Assembly (NCBI RefSeq): GCF_004010195.1
Contig: NC_057719.1
Coordinates: 34,236,807-34,300,806 of the forward strand
DNA from: Chiloscyllium plagiosum
Taxonomy: Eukaryota
Direction of reading: 5' to 3'
DNA: 64,000 bases
Part shown: positions 49,729 to 62,544 of the stretch, piece by piece
How the letters are laid out: each line of letters starts with the position of its first letter
Numbering within the stretch: position 1 is the first letter of the stretch
The notes under the pieces: model-generated
Database searches by the model: none
What the model was told of the DNA's origin: nothing
Seen by the model: only the letters and a program-made list of their open reading frames with translations
Program-made: the position numbers and the translations under genes

Positions 49729-50727
49729 CCAAGTCACAAAAACGGTATGGTTTCATTTACCATGAAGCAGAGAGACTGTAAGGTACATTGAGATATTTTT
49801 GTGCAGAAAATTCAAAATTCTGGAGCTCCTGTTAAATCCACAGCAGAATTTAAAGAATTAAAGTTTATTTCCACAATGGGGTTAGCCACCTGGAAGTATT
49901 CTTCTGGATCTTAGTATCTGACACGCTGCACTATATCATTTGCCAAATGCATAGCAAGGGACGATTAAGGAATTGGCAAGGACTAACTTTTATTTCTGAA
50001 TAATCTTCAAATGTAACCTTTGGGAGAGAAAAAGATTTTTCTCTGTTGTAATTTTTGGGCACAGCATATGAGGAGTATTCGCATGCTCAGAATACCGTCT
50101 AATAGGCTGGCTACAAGTCTTAATGGCCTCAAGAAAGGCAGCTCTGGGATTGTTCAAGGAGAATCATGGCAGCAGATTACATACAAGAGAGAAGCTACGG
50201 AAGAGAATGTTGCCAGTTGAATCCAAATGTAAAATGCATTGCTTCTCCATACTTCAATAAATATAGGAGCATAAACTATTTCTATTTGAACCTATAAAAA
50301 TAGCATAAAATTGTGTGTTACCATTTCGTGGTATCTTGAGCTAAATATCGTTGCCATTAAGCTATGGTCTGAGGATGCCCCATATGTTAAGTCACATACA
50401 TTTAAATACCCCGTGAACCAGCAGCCTCCACTTCAGCAGTGGGAGTCCAGAGAGCACAAACCAGGGGCAGCCGGGAAGGTAAATTTGAATATTAAATACT
50501 TACGTTGTGAATCAGTGGAGCGATGGCTGAATAGGAGCAGAAGTGGACACAGGGACTGCTGGGTAAGTGGACGAATATATTCAGGCACTGGTTAATCTAA
50601 AACACTACATGCACAATGTGTCCCACCCGTCCTCCTCTTCTAAACTAAAAAAAGACTCTGTGTGGAGGGTTGTTAAGGTAAGGATGTTTATTTTTTTAAT
50701 CACTTTTGGCAATGTAGAGAAGAGGGG

Positions 50728-51810
50728 ATGGAAGCTAGGGCAGTTGCATGCTCCTCTTGTAGGATGTGGGAGGTAAGGGTCACCACTACTGTCCCTGCTG
50801 ACCTCACTAACGATAAGTGCACCCAACTCCAGCTCCTCACAGACCGCGTTAGGGAACTGGAGCTGGATGATCTTCGGGTCATTTGGGAGGCTGAGGGGGT
50901 GATAGAGAGGAGTTACAGAGAGATAATTACACCTAAGTTACAGAATAAAGGTAACTGGGTGAACATCAAGAGAGGAAAAGGGAATAAGCAGGGATCCCAT
51001 GTGGCCATTCCTGTCAATAATAAGTACACCACTTTGGATACTGTTGGGGGGGAACAACCTACCAAAGGAAAACCAGAACAGCCAGATCTCTGGCACTCAG
51101 CCTGGCTCTGTGACTCAGAAGGGGAGAGCGGAGAATAGGAGAGCAAAAGTGATGGGAGATTCAATGGTTAGAGGAACAGACAGGAGATTCTGTGATCACA
51201 AACAAGATTTCTGGATGTTCAAAATTTGGGCGAAGATTTGTAGCTCGGGTGCTCATTGCTGTGGTTCTGTTCGCCGAGCTGGGAATTTGAGTTGCAGACG
51301 TTTCGTCCCCTTGTCCAGGTGACAACCTCAGTGCTTGGGAGCCTCCTGTGAAGCGCTTCTGTGATCTTTCACAGGATGAATTCCTGGATGGAATGTTGCC
51401 TCCCAGGTTCCAGGGTCAGGGATGTCTCGGATCGAGACTACAGGATCCTTAAGGGGGAGGGATAGCAGCCAGAATCATGGTACACATCGGTACCAATGAC
51501 ATAGCTAGGAAAAGGGATGAGGACCGAAAAGTGAATGTAGGGAGTTAGGTTGAAAACTAAATGACCGGATGAGCAGAGTAGTAATCTCAGGATTGCTACC
51601 AGTGACATAGGCTAGTGAGGCTAGGAACAGAGAGCGAGTGCAAATGAACACTTGGCTGCCAGGCTGGTGTAGGAGGGAAGGCTTCACAGATGTGGATCAT
51701 TGGAATACCTTCTGGGGAAGGTGGGACCTGTACAAGGAGGGCGGACTGCATCTGAACTGAAGGGGCACCAATATCCTGGGCAAGAGGATTCCTAGAACTC
51801 TTCAGAAAAA
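50728..51810 (+). pseudogene. CR1 ORF1 (zinc finger, leucine zipper, SGNH esterase), disrupted
   Basis: MEARAVACSSCRMWEV...LTDRVRELEL; VMGDSMVRGTDRRFC; CLPGSRVRDV; HIGTND; GLHLN. Frameshifts and stops present. Confidence 0.88.
51220..51372 (-). mobile_element. PLE family D terminal fragment inserted in CR1 ORF1
   Basis: Reverse complement of 46430-46535. Hammerhead-like GCA-CUGAGGU-UGUCACC..GGGGAC-GAAA-CGUC-UGC at ~51292-51335. Confidence 0.85.
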
Positions 51811-51904
51811 GGATGGGTTAGCTGGTAAACAGGCAGATACAGCATGCAGAGACTCTGTGAGGAAGGATAGACATTCGATAGGGCAAAGTTGCAGTCAGTG
51901 CGAT

Positions 51905-54260
51905 GGGTTGAAGTATGTCTATTTTAATGCAAGGATAATTGTTATGGACTCAGAGCTTGGATCAGTACTTGGAACTATGATGTTGTGGCCGTTATGGAGA
52001 CTTGGATATCACAGGGGCAGGAATGGTTGTTGGATGTTCCAGGGTTTCAATGTTTCAAAAGGAAATTGGAGGGAGGTAAAAGAGGTGGGGGTGTAGCATT
52101 GCTAATCAGAGACAGTATCACAGCTGCAGAAAGGGAGGTCATCGAGGAGGGTTTGTCAGAGTCAGTATGGGTGGAAGTCAGAAACAGGACAGCAGCAGTC
52201 ACTTTATTGGGAGTTTTCTACAGACCCCCCAATAGCAACAGAGACACGGACGAGCAGATTGGGAGGCAGATTTTGGAAAGGTACAGAAGTAACAGGGTTG
52301 TCGTCATGGGTGACTTCAACTTCCCTAATATTAATTAGAACCTTAGTGCGAATAGTTTGGATGGAGCAGATTTTAGCAGGTGTATCCAGGAAGGATTCCT
52401 GAATAGAGGGGAGGCCATATTGGATTTCATGCTTAAAAATGAACCAGGTCAGGTGTTAGATCCAAAGATAGGAGACCATTTTGGTGATAGTGATCGCAAC
52501 TCCCTGACCTTTGGTATGGGAAAATATTTAACTGGCGGAGGGGAATAACATTACTATTAGGAACGGACTGTCGAGCATAAATTGGGAACAGATGTTCTCA
52601 GGGAAATGCACAACAGAAATGTGGGGATTATTTAAGGAGCACTTGCTGCGAGTGCTGGATAGGTTTGTCCCACTGAGGCAAGGAAGTGATGGTAGGATGA
52701 AGGAACCTTGGATGACAAGAGATGTGGAACATCTAGTCAAGAGGAAGGAGGAAACTTACTTGAGGTTGAGGAGGCAAGGATCAGACTGGGCTCTAGAGGG
52801 TTACAAGGTAGCCAGGAAGGAACTAAAGAATGGACTTAGGAGGACTAGAAGTGGGCATGATAAAGCCTTAGCAAGTAGGATTAAGGAAAGCCGTAAGGTA
52901 TTCTATACTTATACGAGGAACAAGAGGATGGCCAGAGTGAAGGCAGAGCTGATCAAGGATAGTGGAGGGAACTTGTGCCTTGAGTCAGTGGAGGCAGGGG
53001 AGGTCATTAATGAATACTTTGCTTCAGTATTCACTATTGAGAGGGACCTTGTCTTTTTTGAGGATAACAGGCTGATATGTTCAAACAGGTTGATATTAAG
53101 AAGAAGGATATGCTGGAAATTGTGAAAAAAAAGACAACAGATAAGTCCCCTGGGCCAGAGTGGATATACCCAAGGTTACTACACAAAGTGAGGGAACGGA
53201 TTGCTGCGCCTTTGGCGATGATCTTTGTGTCCTCACTGTCCACTGGAGTCGTACCAGATGTTTAGAGGGTGGCAAACATTATTCTCTTGTTCAAGAAAGG
53301 GAATAGGGTTAACCCTGGGAATTACAGACCAGTCAGTCTTATGTCAGTGGTGGGCAAATTATTGGAGAGGATTCTGAAAGATAGAATTTATGATTATTTG
53401 GATAAACACAGCTTGATTAGAGATAGTCAGCATGGCTTTGTGAGAGGCAAGTCATGCCTCACAAACCTTACTGAGTTCTTTCAGGATGTGACAAAACATA
53501 TTGATGAAGGTAGAGTAGTGGATATGGTGTATATGGATTTTAGCAAGATGTTTGATAAGGTTCTCCCATGGTAGGCCTATTCAGAAAGTAAGAAGGCATG
53601 GGATACAGGGAAATTTGCTATCTGGATACAGAATTGACTGGCCCATAGAAGACAGAGGATGGTAGTAGATGGAAAGTATTCAGCCTGGAACTCGGTGACC
53701 AGTAGTGTTCCACAGGGATCTGTTCTGGGACCTCTGCTTTTTGTGATTTTTATAAATGACCTGGATGAAGAAATGGAAGGGTGAGTTAGTAAGTTTGCTG
53801 ATAACGTGAAGGTTAGTGGAGTGGTGGATAATGTGGAGGTCTGTTGTAGATTGCAACGGAACATTGACGGGATGCAGAGCTAGGCTGAGAAGTGGCAGAT
53901 GGAACTCAATCTGGAAAAGTGTGATTCATTTTGGAAGGTTGAATTTGAATGCAGAATACAGGGTTCTTGGCAACGTGGAGGAACAGAAGAATCTTGGGGT
54001 GACTTGATAGAGGTGTACAAGATGAGAGGTGACTTGATAGAGGTTTACAAGATGTTGAGAGGCATAGATAGAGTGGATAGTCAGAGACTTTTTCCCAGGG
54101 CGGAAATGTCTATCATGATGGGGCATAAGATTATTAGAGGAAGGTTTAGGGGAGATGTCACAGGTAGGTTCTTTACACAGAGGGTGGTGGGGCATGGAAT
54201 GCACTGCCAGCGGTGGTAGTAGAGTCAGATGCATTAGGGACATTTAAGTGACTCTTGGAT
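51905..54260 (+). pseudogene. CR1 ORF2 (APE endonuclease and reverse transcriptase), disrupted
   Basis: [62 protein letters not shown]. Confidence 0.93.
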
Positions 54261-55104
54261 AGGCACATGGACAGCAGTAAAATGTAGGTTAGTCTGATCT
54301 TAGAGAATGATAAAAGGTCAGCACAACATCGATGGCCAAAGGGCCTGTACTGGGCCCTATGTTCTATGCTCTATGTTCTATACCCGAAATATCAGGTTGT
54401 TGTTGAGACTGAAGCCGTTGAAACTTATGAACTGCACCGGTTATTTGCTTGCTTTAACATCACAAACAGATACTTTATCTGGGTTTCATTTGATGTTACT
54501 CTACTTTACTAACATATAACTGATTGAATACACTATAGTAACTTGATTGCACTGAGAGAGTGACTGAAGGAAAGGCTAATACTGTCACATAGCATGTCTT
54601 GTAACTGTCTTAAAGTTTCACTGTCTGTATTATGTAGAATCAATCCAATAATACAATATCCCTGCTTTTTCATTTAAAGCATGAGATATGCACAAGGATG
54701 AAAATGATACAGTGTCTCTACACATTTAGATAATGCTTTGATGAATCTCCAACATGACCAGATCAAGCTCTTATTCAGTTATCACTGTTTGTCTACTTCA
54801 TTCTGTGGTCTGCTGTTTATCATCACAGATGGATGTGTATATTTGTATATTTGTGGATGTCTAATTATTGTTTAGCATGACATCTTCAGTATCCGGGTCA
54901 TCAGCCTGTGAGACAGGTGATTGATTATGTGCAGTTAGATATATCACCTATTCCTTCTCCAGTCTTGACCATTTCTCAATGCTGTGTGCAATGATCTAGG
55001 TTGGACTCAATGAACTAGTATCTCTCCAAAAACTCAAGTGTTTATAAAATGTCACATTAATACTTTATCCTGGTTCAAGTTGGGATAACTGTATAAACAG
55101 TGGG

Positions 55105-55700
55105 CTCTGCAAGGTCATTAATAGACAAGCAGGAGGCTGGAAGAACACAGCAAGCTAGGCGACATCATGAGGTGGAGAAGTCAATGTTTTGGATATAAGC
55201 CCTCTTTAGGACTGGGGGTGGGAGTGGGGTGAGCTGCAGATAAAGGGGATGGCAAGGGCAGGGTGATGAGGTGGGGATAGGTGAAGACAGGTAGAGGATA
55301 CAACCTGGTTGGTCAATGGGAGGAATGAATCCAGTTGGTGGCAGGGAGCAGTGGAGGGGAAGGGGAGGGGCTGAGAAGGAAGTCAGGGGATGGGACGGGA
55401 GGTTATTTGAAATTGGAGAACTCAATTTTGAGTCCTCCGGGCTGTAGGCTGCCCAGGCGGAAAATGAGGTGTTGTTCCTCCAATTTATGGTGTGGTTCAT
55501 TGTGTCAATAGAGGAGGCCAAGGTTGGTCATGTCGGAAGGGGAGTGGTCAGAAGAATTGAAATGGGCGGTGACGGAAGGCATGACAAAAAGGGAGTGGTT
55601 AGCGGTATGTCAGAAATGGAGTGGTTCGGGGCATGTCGGGCCTCCTGCTTCCTGCCTATCTATTTTGGATTCCAGCACCTGCAGTATTTTTGTCTCTGCA
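55105..55700 (-). mobile_element. Neptune-type PLE 3' portion with short inverted terminal copy
   Basis: Minus strand KLEEQHLIFRLGSLQPGGLKIEFSNFK (~55405-55485); C-rich UTR; tail ttccagcctcctgctt. Confidence 0.78.
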
Positions 55701-55989
55701 AGATCATCAGGCTGAGAGTAGTGAGGAGAAGAGGTAGTATGTTAAAGTCTTCAAGAATTATTCTAATCCTAACCATTGGGGATATTTGTGGTGTGTTCAC
55801 CTCCTGTTAGTTGTCTAACCTTCCACCACCATTCAAGAGCAGATGTGTTAGAACTGCAGAACTTAGATCTGATCAAGTGATCGTGAAATTACTTAGCCCC
55901 ATTTATGGCATGCTGTTTCACTGTTTGGCATGCATCTAATTCTATATTGCAGGTTTACCAGGTTGACAATTTATTTTTAAATATACCTG

Positions 55990-56385
55990 CTGCTACTCCC
56001 AGCATGCTATCCTGTGTTCTTGGTTGAATCCAGATTGATCTCCCAATTTAGAGTCACGGTAAAGTGGGACATGTGGTGAACCATGAAGTTACAAATTGTG
56101 CTTGATTACAGTTCTGCTGTGACAGATGGCTCACAGAACCTCATAGATGCCCAACTTCAAAGTGCTATGACAATTTTGAGACTGTCCCATTTATATGGTA
56201 GTAATGACATATTACTAGTAGTATCCTCAACGTGAAGACAGAACTTTGTCTCCACAAAGACTGTGCGGTGTTCATTCCAACAGATGCAGTCATGGACAGG
56301 CATATTTTCAAGAGGTAGATTGATGAAGACAAAGTCAAGTAAGTATTTTTCCCCTTGCTGATTCCCTCACTGTGTGCCACAGACT
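55990..56385 (-). mobile_element. Old LINE endonuclease-region fragment
   Basis: Minus strand GKNTYLTL..I.L...ASV...GMN..HRTVFVET-like text; resembles the family at 25040. Confidence 0.5.
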
Positions 56386-57039
56386 TTTGAAGTTTGGATC
56401 AAGTGCCACAATCAGATCCTCCATAATCTTGTCAAAGACAGACAGACTGAAAGGGCTGAATGGCCTACTCCAGCTTCTAATATGTATGTTCCTATGTAAC
56501 GTCTGCAAATAATATTACCCAAGACGAGAAAGGGATAAGAGACAATTTTTTGTCCTATTTGAAGTAAAACTTGCATAAAGAGGCAGGAATAAGAAAAAGA
56601 ACATCTTGTCCTTCCGGCCACTGACATCATTACTAAACATGTTCAGGATATTGTCCACACACCAGTTGCAATGCCAATCTGCCTTGATATCAAATTTGTG
56701 TCATCCAATTCAAGTTGAGCTAGGAAACTATCCAATCAGGTTCTCCAAATTAAATTCTGCATAAGATTTCTTTTTGTTCAATTTGATGTTCTACACTCAC
56801 TTGGTATCACTCTCTGTCCCTCTAATTTACTCTTCACCATCGTAATAATTTTCTCTCTCTCTCTCTTTCCTAGCCTGGTGATGTTGTACTGTCTATCCTT
56901 TCCTAAGCATCAGGTAATATTTTCTGTTAGAACTATTGAAGAAGTACAAAAAATATCGTACTGAATAGTCAGAATGAATTTTAACAGGGATAATTGTGCT
57001 GGACCCAAGCCCATTAAATGTTTGAGCAGGTAACAGGAA

Positions 57040-57230
57040 GAGTATCTGTGTGTACGAGCCTGCAAAAGGTCACAAATAGTGAGCATCACAGTGACATTGA
57101 TGGCCTCAGGCATGAGCTTCTCAGCAAATCTGTGTGACTGCTGCTCTTGCTACACAATCCCACATATTTCAGTGACCAGGACAGGCTCAGTCACCTCTGG
57201 TATTGCCTCTGTCTGAAGGTGCATTGACAC
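57040..57230 (-). pseudogene. Harbinger (HARBI1-like) transposase N-terminal remnant
   Basis: Minus-strand fragments RQYQR*LSLS, AVTQIC and PEAINVTVML..ICDLLQARTHR resemble the HARBI1-type N-terminal region. Confidence 0.4.
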
Positions 57231-57699
57231 ACTATGCTGTTATCCCTGGATGGCTGCATCCTGACTAAATTATCCCTTCGTCTGCCTGCTGCTTGTGTAG
57301 TAGTCTCAGTATTGTTCTTTGTCATATCCTTTCTTCCTGATCACAGAGTTGCAGGAATATTGAGTGAATGAGACCATGTATTATGGAAGCATTACAACTA
57401 TAAAGCCATTTCAGTGGTGAGATTTATAAATTCTTCTGTTGTCCATAACCAAAACTCCACCACCACATTCTAGCTTATTACAAGCTCAAACTTACTTGTG
57501 ATTTTGAAAATATTGGCAAAATGGTAATGTCACGTTTGTGAAAGAACCAAAGCCTCAACTTTACCGACATCAATTGGTATTAATCCTTCAAATACATCCA
57601 CATCATTACACCAGACTGTCTCACCTGTCAATTGAACTTGATGTCTTGCCCTCAAGTCTGCATATTTCCTCTGACAGCATTCTCAGTGTATGTGTTTTT

Positions 57700-58040
57700 C
57701 ATAGAATCCCTACGGTGTGGAAAAAGGCCTTTCAACCCATCAAGTCCTGCATCAACCCTCCAAAGATGTCCCACCTAGAACAAGCCCTAACCACCATTCT
57801 AGCCCCATGTCCCAGCATTTCCCAAGGCTAATCCACTTAACATGCACATTTCTAAGTACGACAAGATAAACTAGCATGGCCAATTCACCTAACCTGCACA
57901 TCATTGGACTGTGAGAGGAAACCAGAGCACCCATAGGAAATCCACGCAGACATGGGGAGAACATGAAAACTCCACACAGACAGTAGGCACGATTGGAATC
58001 AAACCCATGTCCCTGGCACTGTGAGGCAGAAATACTAACC
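57700..58040 (-). mobile_element. HE1-type SINE
   Basis: gtggcacggtggttagtatttctgcctcacag and gggtttgattcc on the minus strand; HER1-like tail. Confidence 0.88.
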
Positions 58041-58849
58041 ACCGTGCCACAATCCCACGCCATCACCTCCCCCTTTATGTTCAATTCCATGATTTTGACC
58101 TTTGATAATCCCAAGCCCAGACTGGAGCTGGCCCCTAAGGAATTGATCACTCTCGTGTGACTGTGAATATTCTCACTGCCAGTCAACACCCTGAGCTGGA
58201 GCCACAGGACTGCCATGCAGACAGCACGGACCTCACCATTTAGTATCCTCATTTCTGTTACCTTCACTGATTGCCTCAAGCATCAGCCCCGGCCTCACCT
58301 ACCAGACATACGACACTAGGTCTTTCCAACTTCACTCCTATCTGCCCCTGATCCCAACCTCCGTCTTTAGTTAGATCCTTCTTCTACTCTCCCATTCCTC
58401 TGACCTCACATTACTCCAATCAAGCACTTTCTCCTCCAACATTCCAAACAAGCCATCGTTCTCCCTTGTGCTGCAGAGTTCAGCAAAGTCAACCGTCCAC
58501 CTCAGGCATAACTGCACAAAGCTAACTGTTGCAATTCACATGGAGACAAAAGTGAATCATGTACCACTGTCAAAATTTCAAATGAGGATCTAATTTCCCA
58601 TGACAATAATGAAAAGTAAATGTATTACAAATAGGAACATGACACAAGACATTGAGGCCAGTGCCGCCACACAGATTTTTCTCCAATTTCCATACCACAA
58701 AGCACCATCTGGAAATTGTAACTGAAGCTCCTACCTATTTGAGACATGCCACCCACTGTGATTTCTGTTCTTACAGACACTATAAAATGCCATCCATATT
58801 CTCTTGTACCTTACTATGGGAAAAATGAGTCATGATACTTAACGTGAAG

Positions 58850-58965
58850 GGGTTCTTTTAGTGCAGTGGCAATGTGCCTACCTCTGGACCAGACAGCTTG
58901 GGTTCAAGTCCTACCCACTCCAGAGGAGTGTAATAATATCTCTGAACTGGTCGATTAGAAGATAT
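58850..58965 (+). mobile_element. Short tRNA-derived SINE-like element
   Basis: tagtgcagtgg (A box), gggttcaagtcc (B box), gagtgtaataatatctctgaactggtcgattagaa. Confidence 0.6.
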
Positions 58966-59023
58966 CCATAATAATATATGAAAATCCCAAACTGAGTACA
59001 AATCAAGGCATTTATTGGAAATG

Positions 59024-59150
59024 GAAGAAAGTGAGGACTGCAGATGCAGGAGATCAGAGACGAAAAGTGTGGTGCTGGAAAAGCACAGCCAGTCAGGCAG
59101 CATCTGAGGAGCGGGAGAGTCGACGTTTCAAGAATAAGCTCTTCATCAGG
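59024..59150 (-). mobile_element. Short PLE family A insertion starting at the hammerhead
   Basis: Minus strand CUGAUGA-AGAGC-UUAU-UCUU-GAAA-CGUC. TSD attta(t/a)tggaaatg at 59010-59023 and 59151-59164. Confidence 0.87.
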
Positions 59151-60932
59151 ATTTAATGGAAATGCTTGTTTTACCCAGACACACAAACTTAGAAACTTTG
59201 ACTAAAAATGTAAAATACAAAAGGCAAACACATTGATATTCAGAGCATTTCCTCCAATTCAGCTATTTCACATGTGACCTTAAAAATTTTACCAGGACTC
59301 CCACTGATTTCTGGCTTTAGTAAATTATGTTAGTTCAGGTTTACTGAGTCATCTCTCAGAAGCTGCACATTTTGAGAAAATGAAACTCAAGGAAGCAAAG
59401 TAATTATTGTGATGATCATTTCAGATGCAAGAGTAACTGAAGGCATGTAAATATTACAAAGAAATTTATCAAGAACATCATTTGAAACAAGACAAATGAC
59501 ATTATCATGGTTACAGTAATCATTGTTTGCATTATTTTGTTAACCCAGTCCAACCACGAATGTGCACAGCAGGTAACTTATTAAATGATCATCAGTACAG
59601 ATTCTAGTCCAGAAATTGGAATTAAAAAAAACAATAGTCTATCTTATTCAGCAATTTCATCTCCACAAGACTTGTTAGCCATTCACAGAATCAGTGAACA
59701 TGTCAATGCAGGATTTCTAACAGGAACCATAGCTTAGTCAAGTATTTAAATATTAATGCATACAGAATGAGGGAGTGATTTGTTCGGTTGGTCAGGTGTT
59801 GGGCTGGGTTCAATTTCAGTCTGGTTTCGTTAGACTTGGCAATTGCCTCTTGCTTGATGCAGAGTGGTGTCCCTTCAGCTTTACAATCAATATCTACCTG
59901 TAACAGAGGGATGCCTCTTGTCCTTTGAGGATGATGCCTAATGGCCGATCGCATAGAAGCTGAGCAATATTTGCTGCTCATCGAGCACTACCTACTCTTT
60001 TTGTCAGTTAATATTGCCAGCTACAATTCTTACAGTAATTTGTGGGTTTCTTTACTCCAGCCAGTCGGATTCACTTCAGAACCAGCTCCTCCACATGAAA
60101 ACAAAGAGGGATAACACTATCAACAACATTTAATTGTATTCTATTGAATGGTCCAAGTAGTAACATTGGTTTTACTCAGGTTTTGCAATTTCTTTATTCT
60201 AACATTAGTGCCACAACATTTTTGCAACATTTTATGCCAACATTTACAATAGGAAGTTGTATTCAACACTTGCCTGTCACTGTGTAATTGAAACCTTCTG
60301 TTCAAGATGTTTTTGTTCCCCTTTTTAAAAAAGAAGTATTACTGTTTGACTGTGCCTGAGGATTTTAATGTTTGAATAATTTGCATTTTTGAGCTTCTAG
60401 GTCTTTGATTCCTGTTTTGGTCTCCTTTTCCCATTTCAACCTTGATTGCAGCCATACAATTGGATGAGAGCCTGGTGTCTCCTATTTATCAACTCTGGCC
60501 TCCCAGACATGTTCTCTGAACATACCAACACTGCACACTGCTCCCTCCACCATCCCAACTCCCCTTCTCCTGGGCATCCGAGTCCGACCATGTTCTCCAA
60601 CCATCACACTTGTTTTGGTAAATTCCACCCTGTACTTTTATTGATCAGCTCTGGGGTCCTGTATAACCTTGTGTTTCCATTTTTGTCTTCAACAGAAAAT
60701 TGACACTCTGAGCTTTGTAATTTAATGAAAATGTGAAAGCACAAAAGTTCAGAGGTTCGCACTGGAGAATTTTGATAAGCTTTATCTCAGTGTCAAAGGT
60801 TACATGGCAAACAGATAACTAGGCTGTACTCACAAGCCTGTCGATGAGTTTAACCATGTAGCATGTGGGACTGTAGGTCTCACAACACTTTAACAGACTA
60901 GTGAACATTTTTAGTAGACAGTAGATAAGAAC

Positions 60933-61083
60933 CATAGAACATCGAACATCGAACATTACAGCGCAGCCCTTCAGTCCTTGATGTTGCATCAACCTGTGGA
61001 ACCAATTTGAAGCCCATCTAACCTACACTATTCCATTCTTATCCATATGCCTATCCAATGACCATTTAAATGCCCTTAAAGTT
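60933..61083 (-). mobile_element. CR1 3' tail
   Basis: (catcgaa)n microsatellite tail, atgcctatccaatgaccatttaaatgccc. Confidence 0.75.
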
Positions 61084-62176
61084 CAGATTCAAATATCACA
61101 TATGTGTCATGCACAAATCAGAGGGCAGGAGATTGTGGTCTTTTCAAGAAAATACATTTCTCATGTTAACCAACAAAGATTTTAGTAAGGGTTGGGCCTA
61201 AAGGACATACCATGGCAACATTAATGCATCATTAGAAGAGATTCTGCTCTTGAAAATTACAGGTAGTTCTTCTGTAACATGATGCTTGCGTTCTTGTGCA
61301 ACCCTATGTTATCAAAACATCGCACTTTAGAAATAGCACTTAAAGCGTTGACGATGTATTCATGTCATAACCGACACATTTTAAAAGTTTGTGCTGGGGA
61401 AACAATGTCTCCAGTTCGTCATTCACATTACAGTGAATTTGTTTTAAAGAAATGTGTGTTATAACAGAATAACCTGCATTTACTAAATAATTTACTACAC
61501 TAATACTTACAATGGAAACTATTTAAGATCATTATGTCAAACTGATAGAGTGATGCACTTACATGTACTAGAAGCTACAGATATAGATACACAGGACCCT
61601 CTTTTATGAAAGCAAAAGGAATTCATACAAACATTGCACCTTTTTCAAAAGTAGGTGTCTTGGAGACAGCCAATCTCTACTGCATCCCTCTGGCAACACC
61701 TTAACAAATCATAACCCACCTGCCTGATCTGAGAATTAAGATTGATAGTTAACTGTTCTTCCGTAACTCCGTACCACTGATGGCCCAACCAATCAGCACC
61801 ATCTTCTCATGCTGTGTAAAATGGTGTCTCTTTCCTGCAATTTAGTTTGTATGTTTTAGTTCTTGTGAGTGCAAAATGCAAAGCTTGCTGCTTGTATCCT
61901 ATCAGAAATATTTAAATTCTGAACTACTGAGAAACTATACATGAGATTTGTAAAAAAGGATTTGCATTGTTTTCCACAGTCTTCTGGATCGCAAACTTGA
62001 GATCTTAACTCTTTATTTCCTGTAACAAGGGATTACATCACAGAGATCTTTTTTCTTTCCTGAGCTTTAACTTTGTCCAAAACATTATAATCTGGTTTTA
62101 ATTTATTTTAAGAAAAAGGAGATGATAATAATCTGTTGGCTCCTTTCCATTGGAGACATGTAGATTTGTCCTTGTG

Positions 62177-62360
62177 ATTAGATTACTTACAGTGTGGAAA
62201 CAGGCCCTTTGGCCTAACAAGTCCACACGGACCCTCTGAAGAACAACCCACCCAGACCCCTGACCCCTGACACCACGGGCAATTTAACATGGCCAATTAA
62301 ACCTAGGTGTCTGGCGCTGTGAGGCAGCAGTGCTATCCACTGTGCCACTGTGCCACCCCA
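62177..62360 (-). mobile_element. Internally deleted HE1-type SINE
   Basis: gattagattacttacagtgtggaaacaggccc...gctgtgaggcagcagtgcta. Confidence 0.85.
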
Positions 62361-62544
62361 GGTTTATCTCTCCCTGAAATTACATACTTAAAAATAGGAG
62401 CCAGGACTAGGCCATTCGCACCTTGAACTTGCTCTGCCATTCATGGCTGACCTGATTGTGGCCTTAATTTTGCTGCCATACCAACTACCAATATCCCATG
62501 ATTCCCTTGTAAGTCAAATATCTATCTAGTTCTTCACTAAATAC

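Larger units (their letters stand above)
50405..54381 (+). mobile_element. Near-full-length decayed CR1 LINE (5' UTR, ORF1, ORF2, microsatellite tail)
   Basis: ORF1 zinc finger, coiled coil and esterase; ORF2 APE endonuclease and RT; tail tatgttctatgctctatgttcta. Confidence 0.95.

Noticed and set aside
57752..58279. 175-aa minus-strand ORF
   Set aside because: Runs through an HE1 SINE; no domain.
1877..59164. Dispersed palindromic repeats as a CRISPR-like array
   Set aside because: Irregular kb-scale spacing, individual TSDs, eukaryotic context and no cas genes.
61680..61900. CCAAT-box region ending in a hammerhead-like ttcttgtgagtgcaaaatgcaaagctt
   Set aside because: Too degenerate: core nucleotides are missing, so it cannot be supported.
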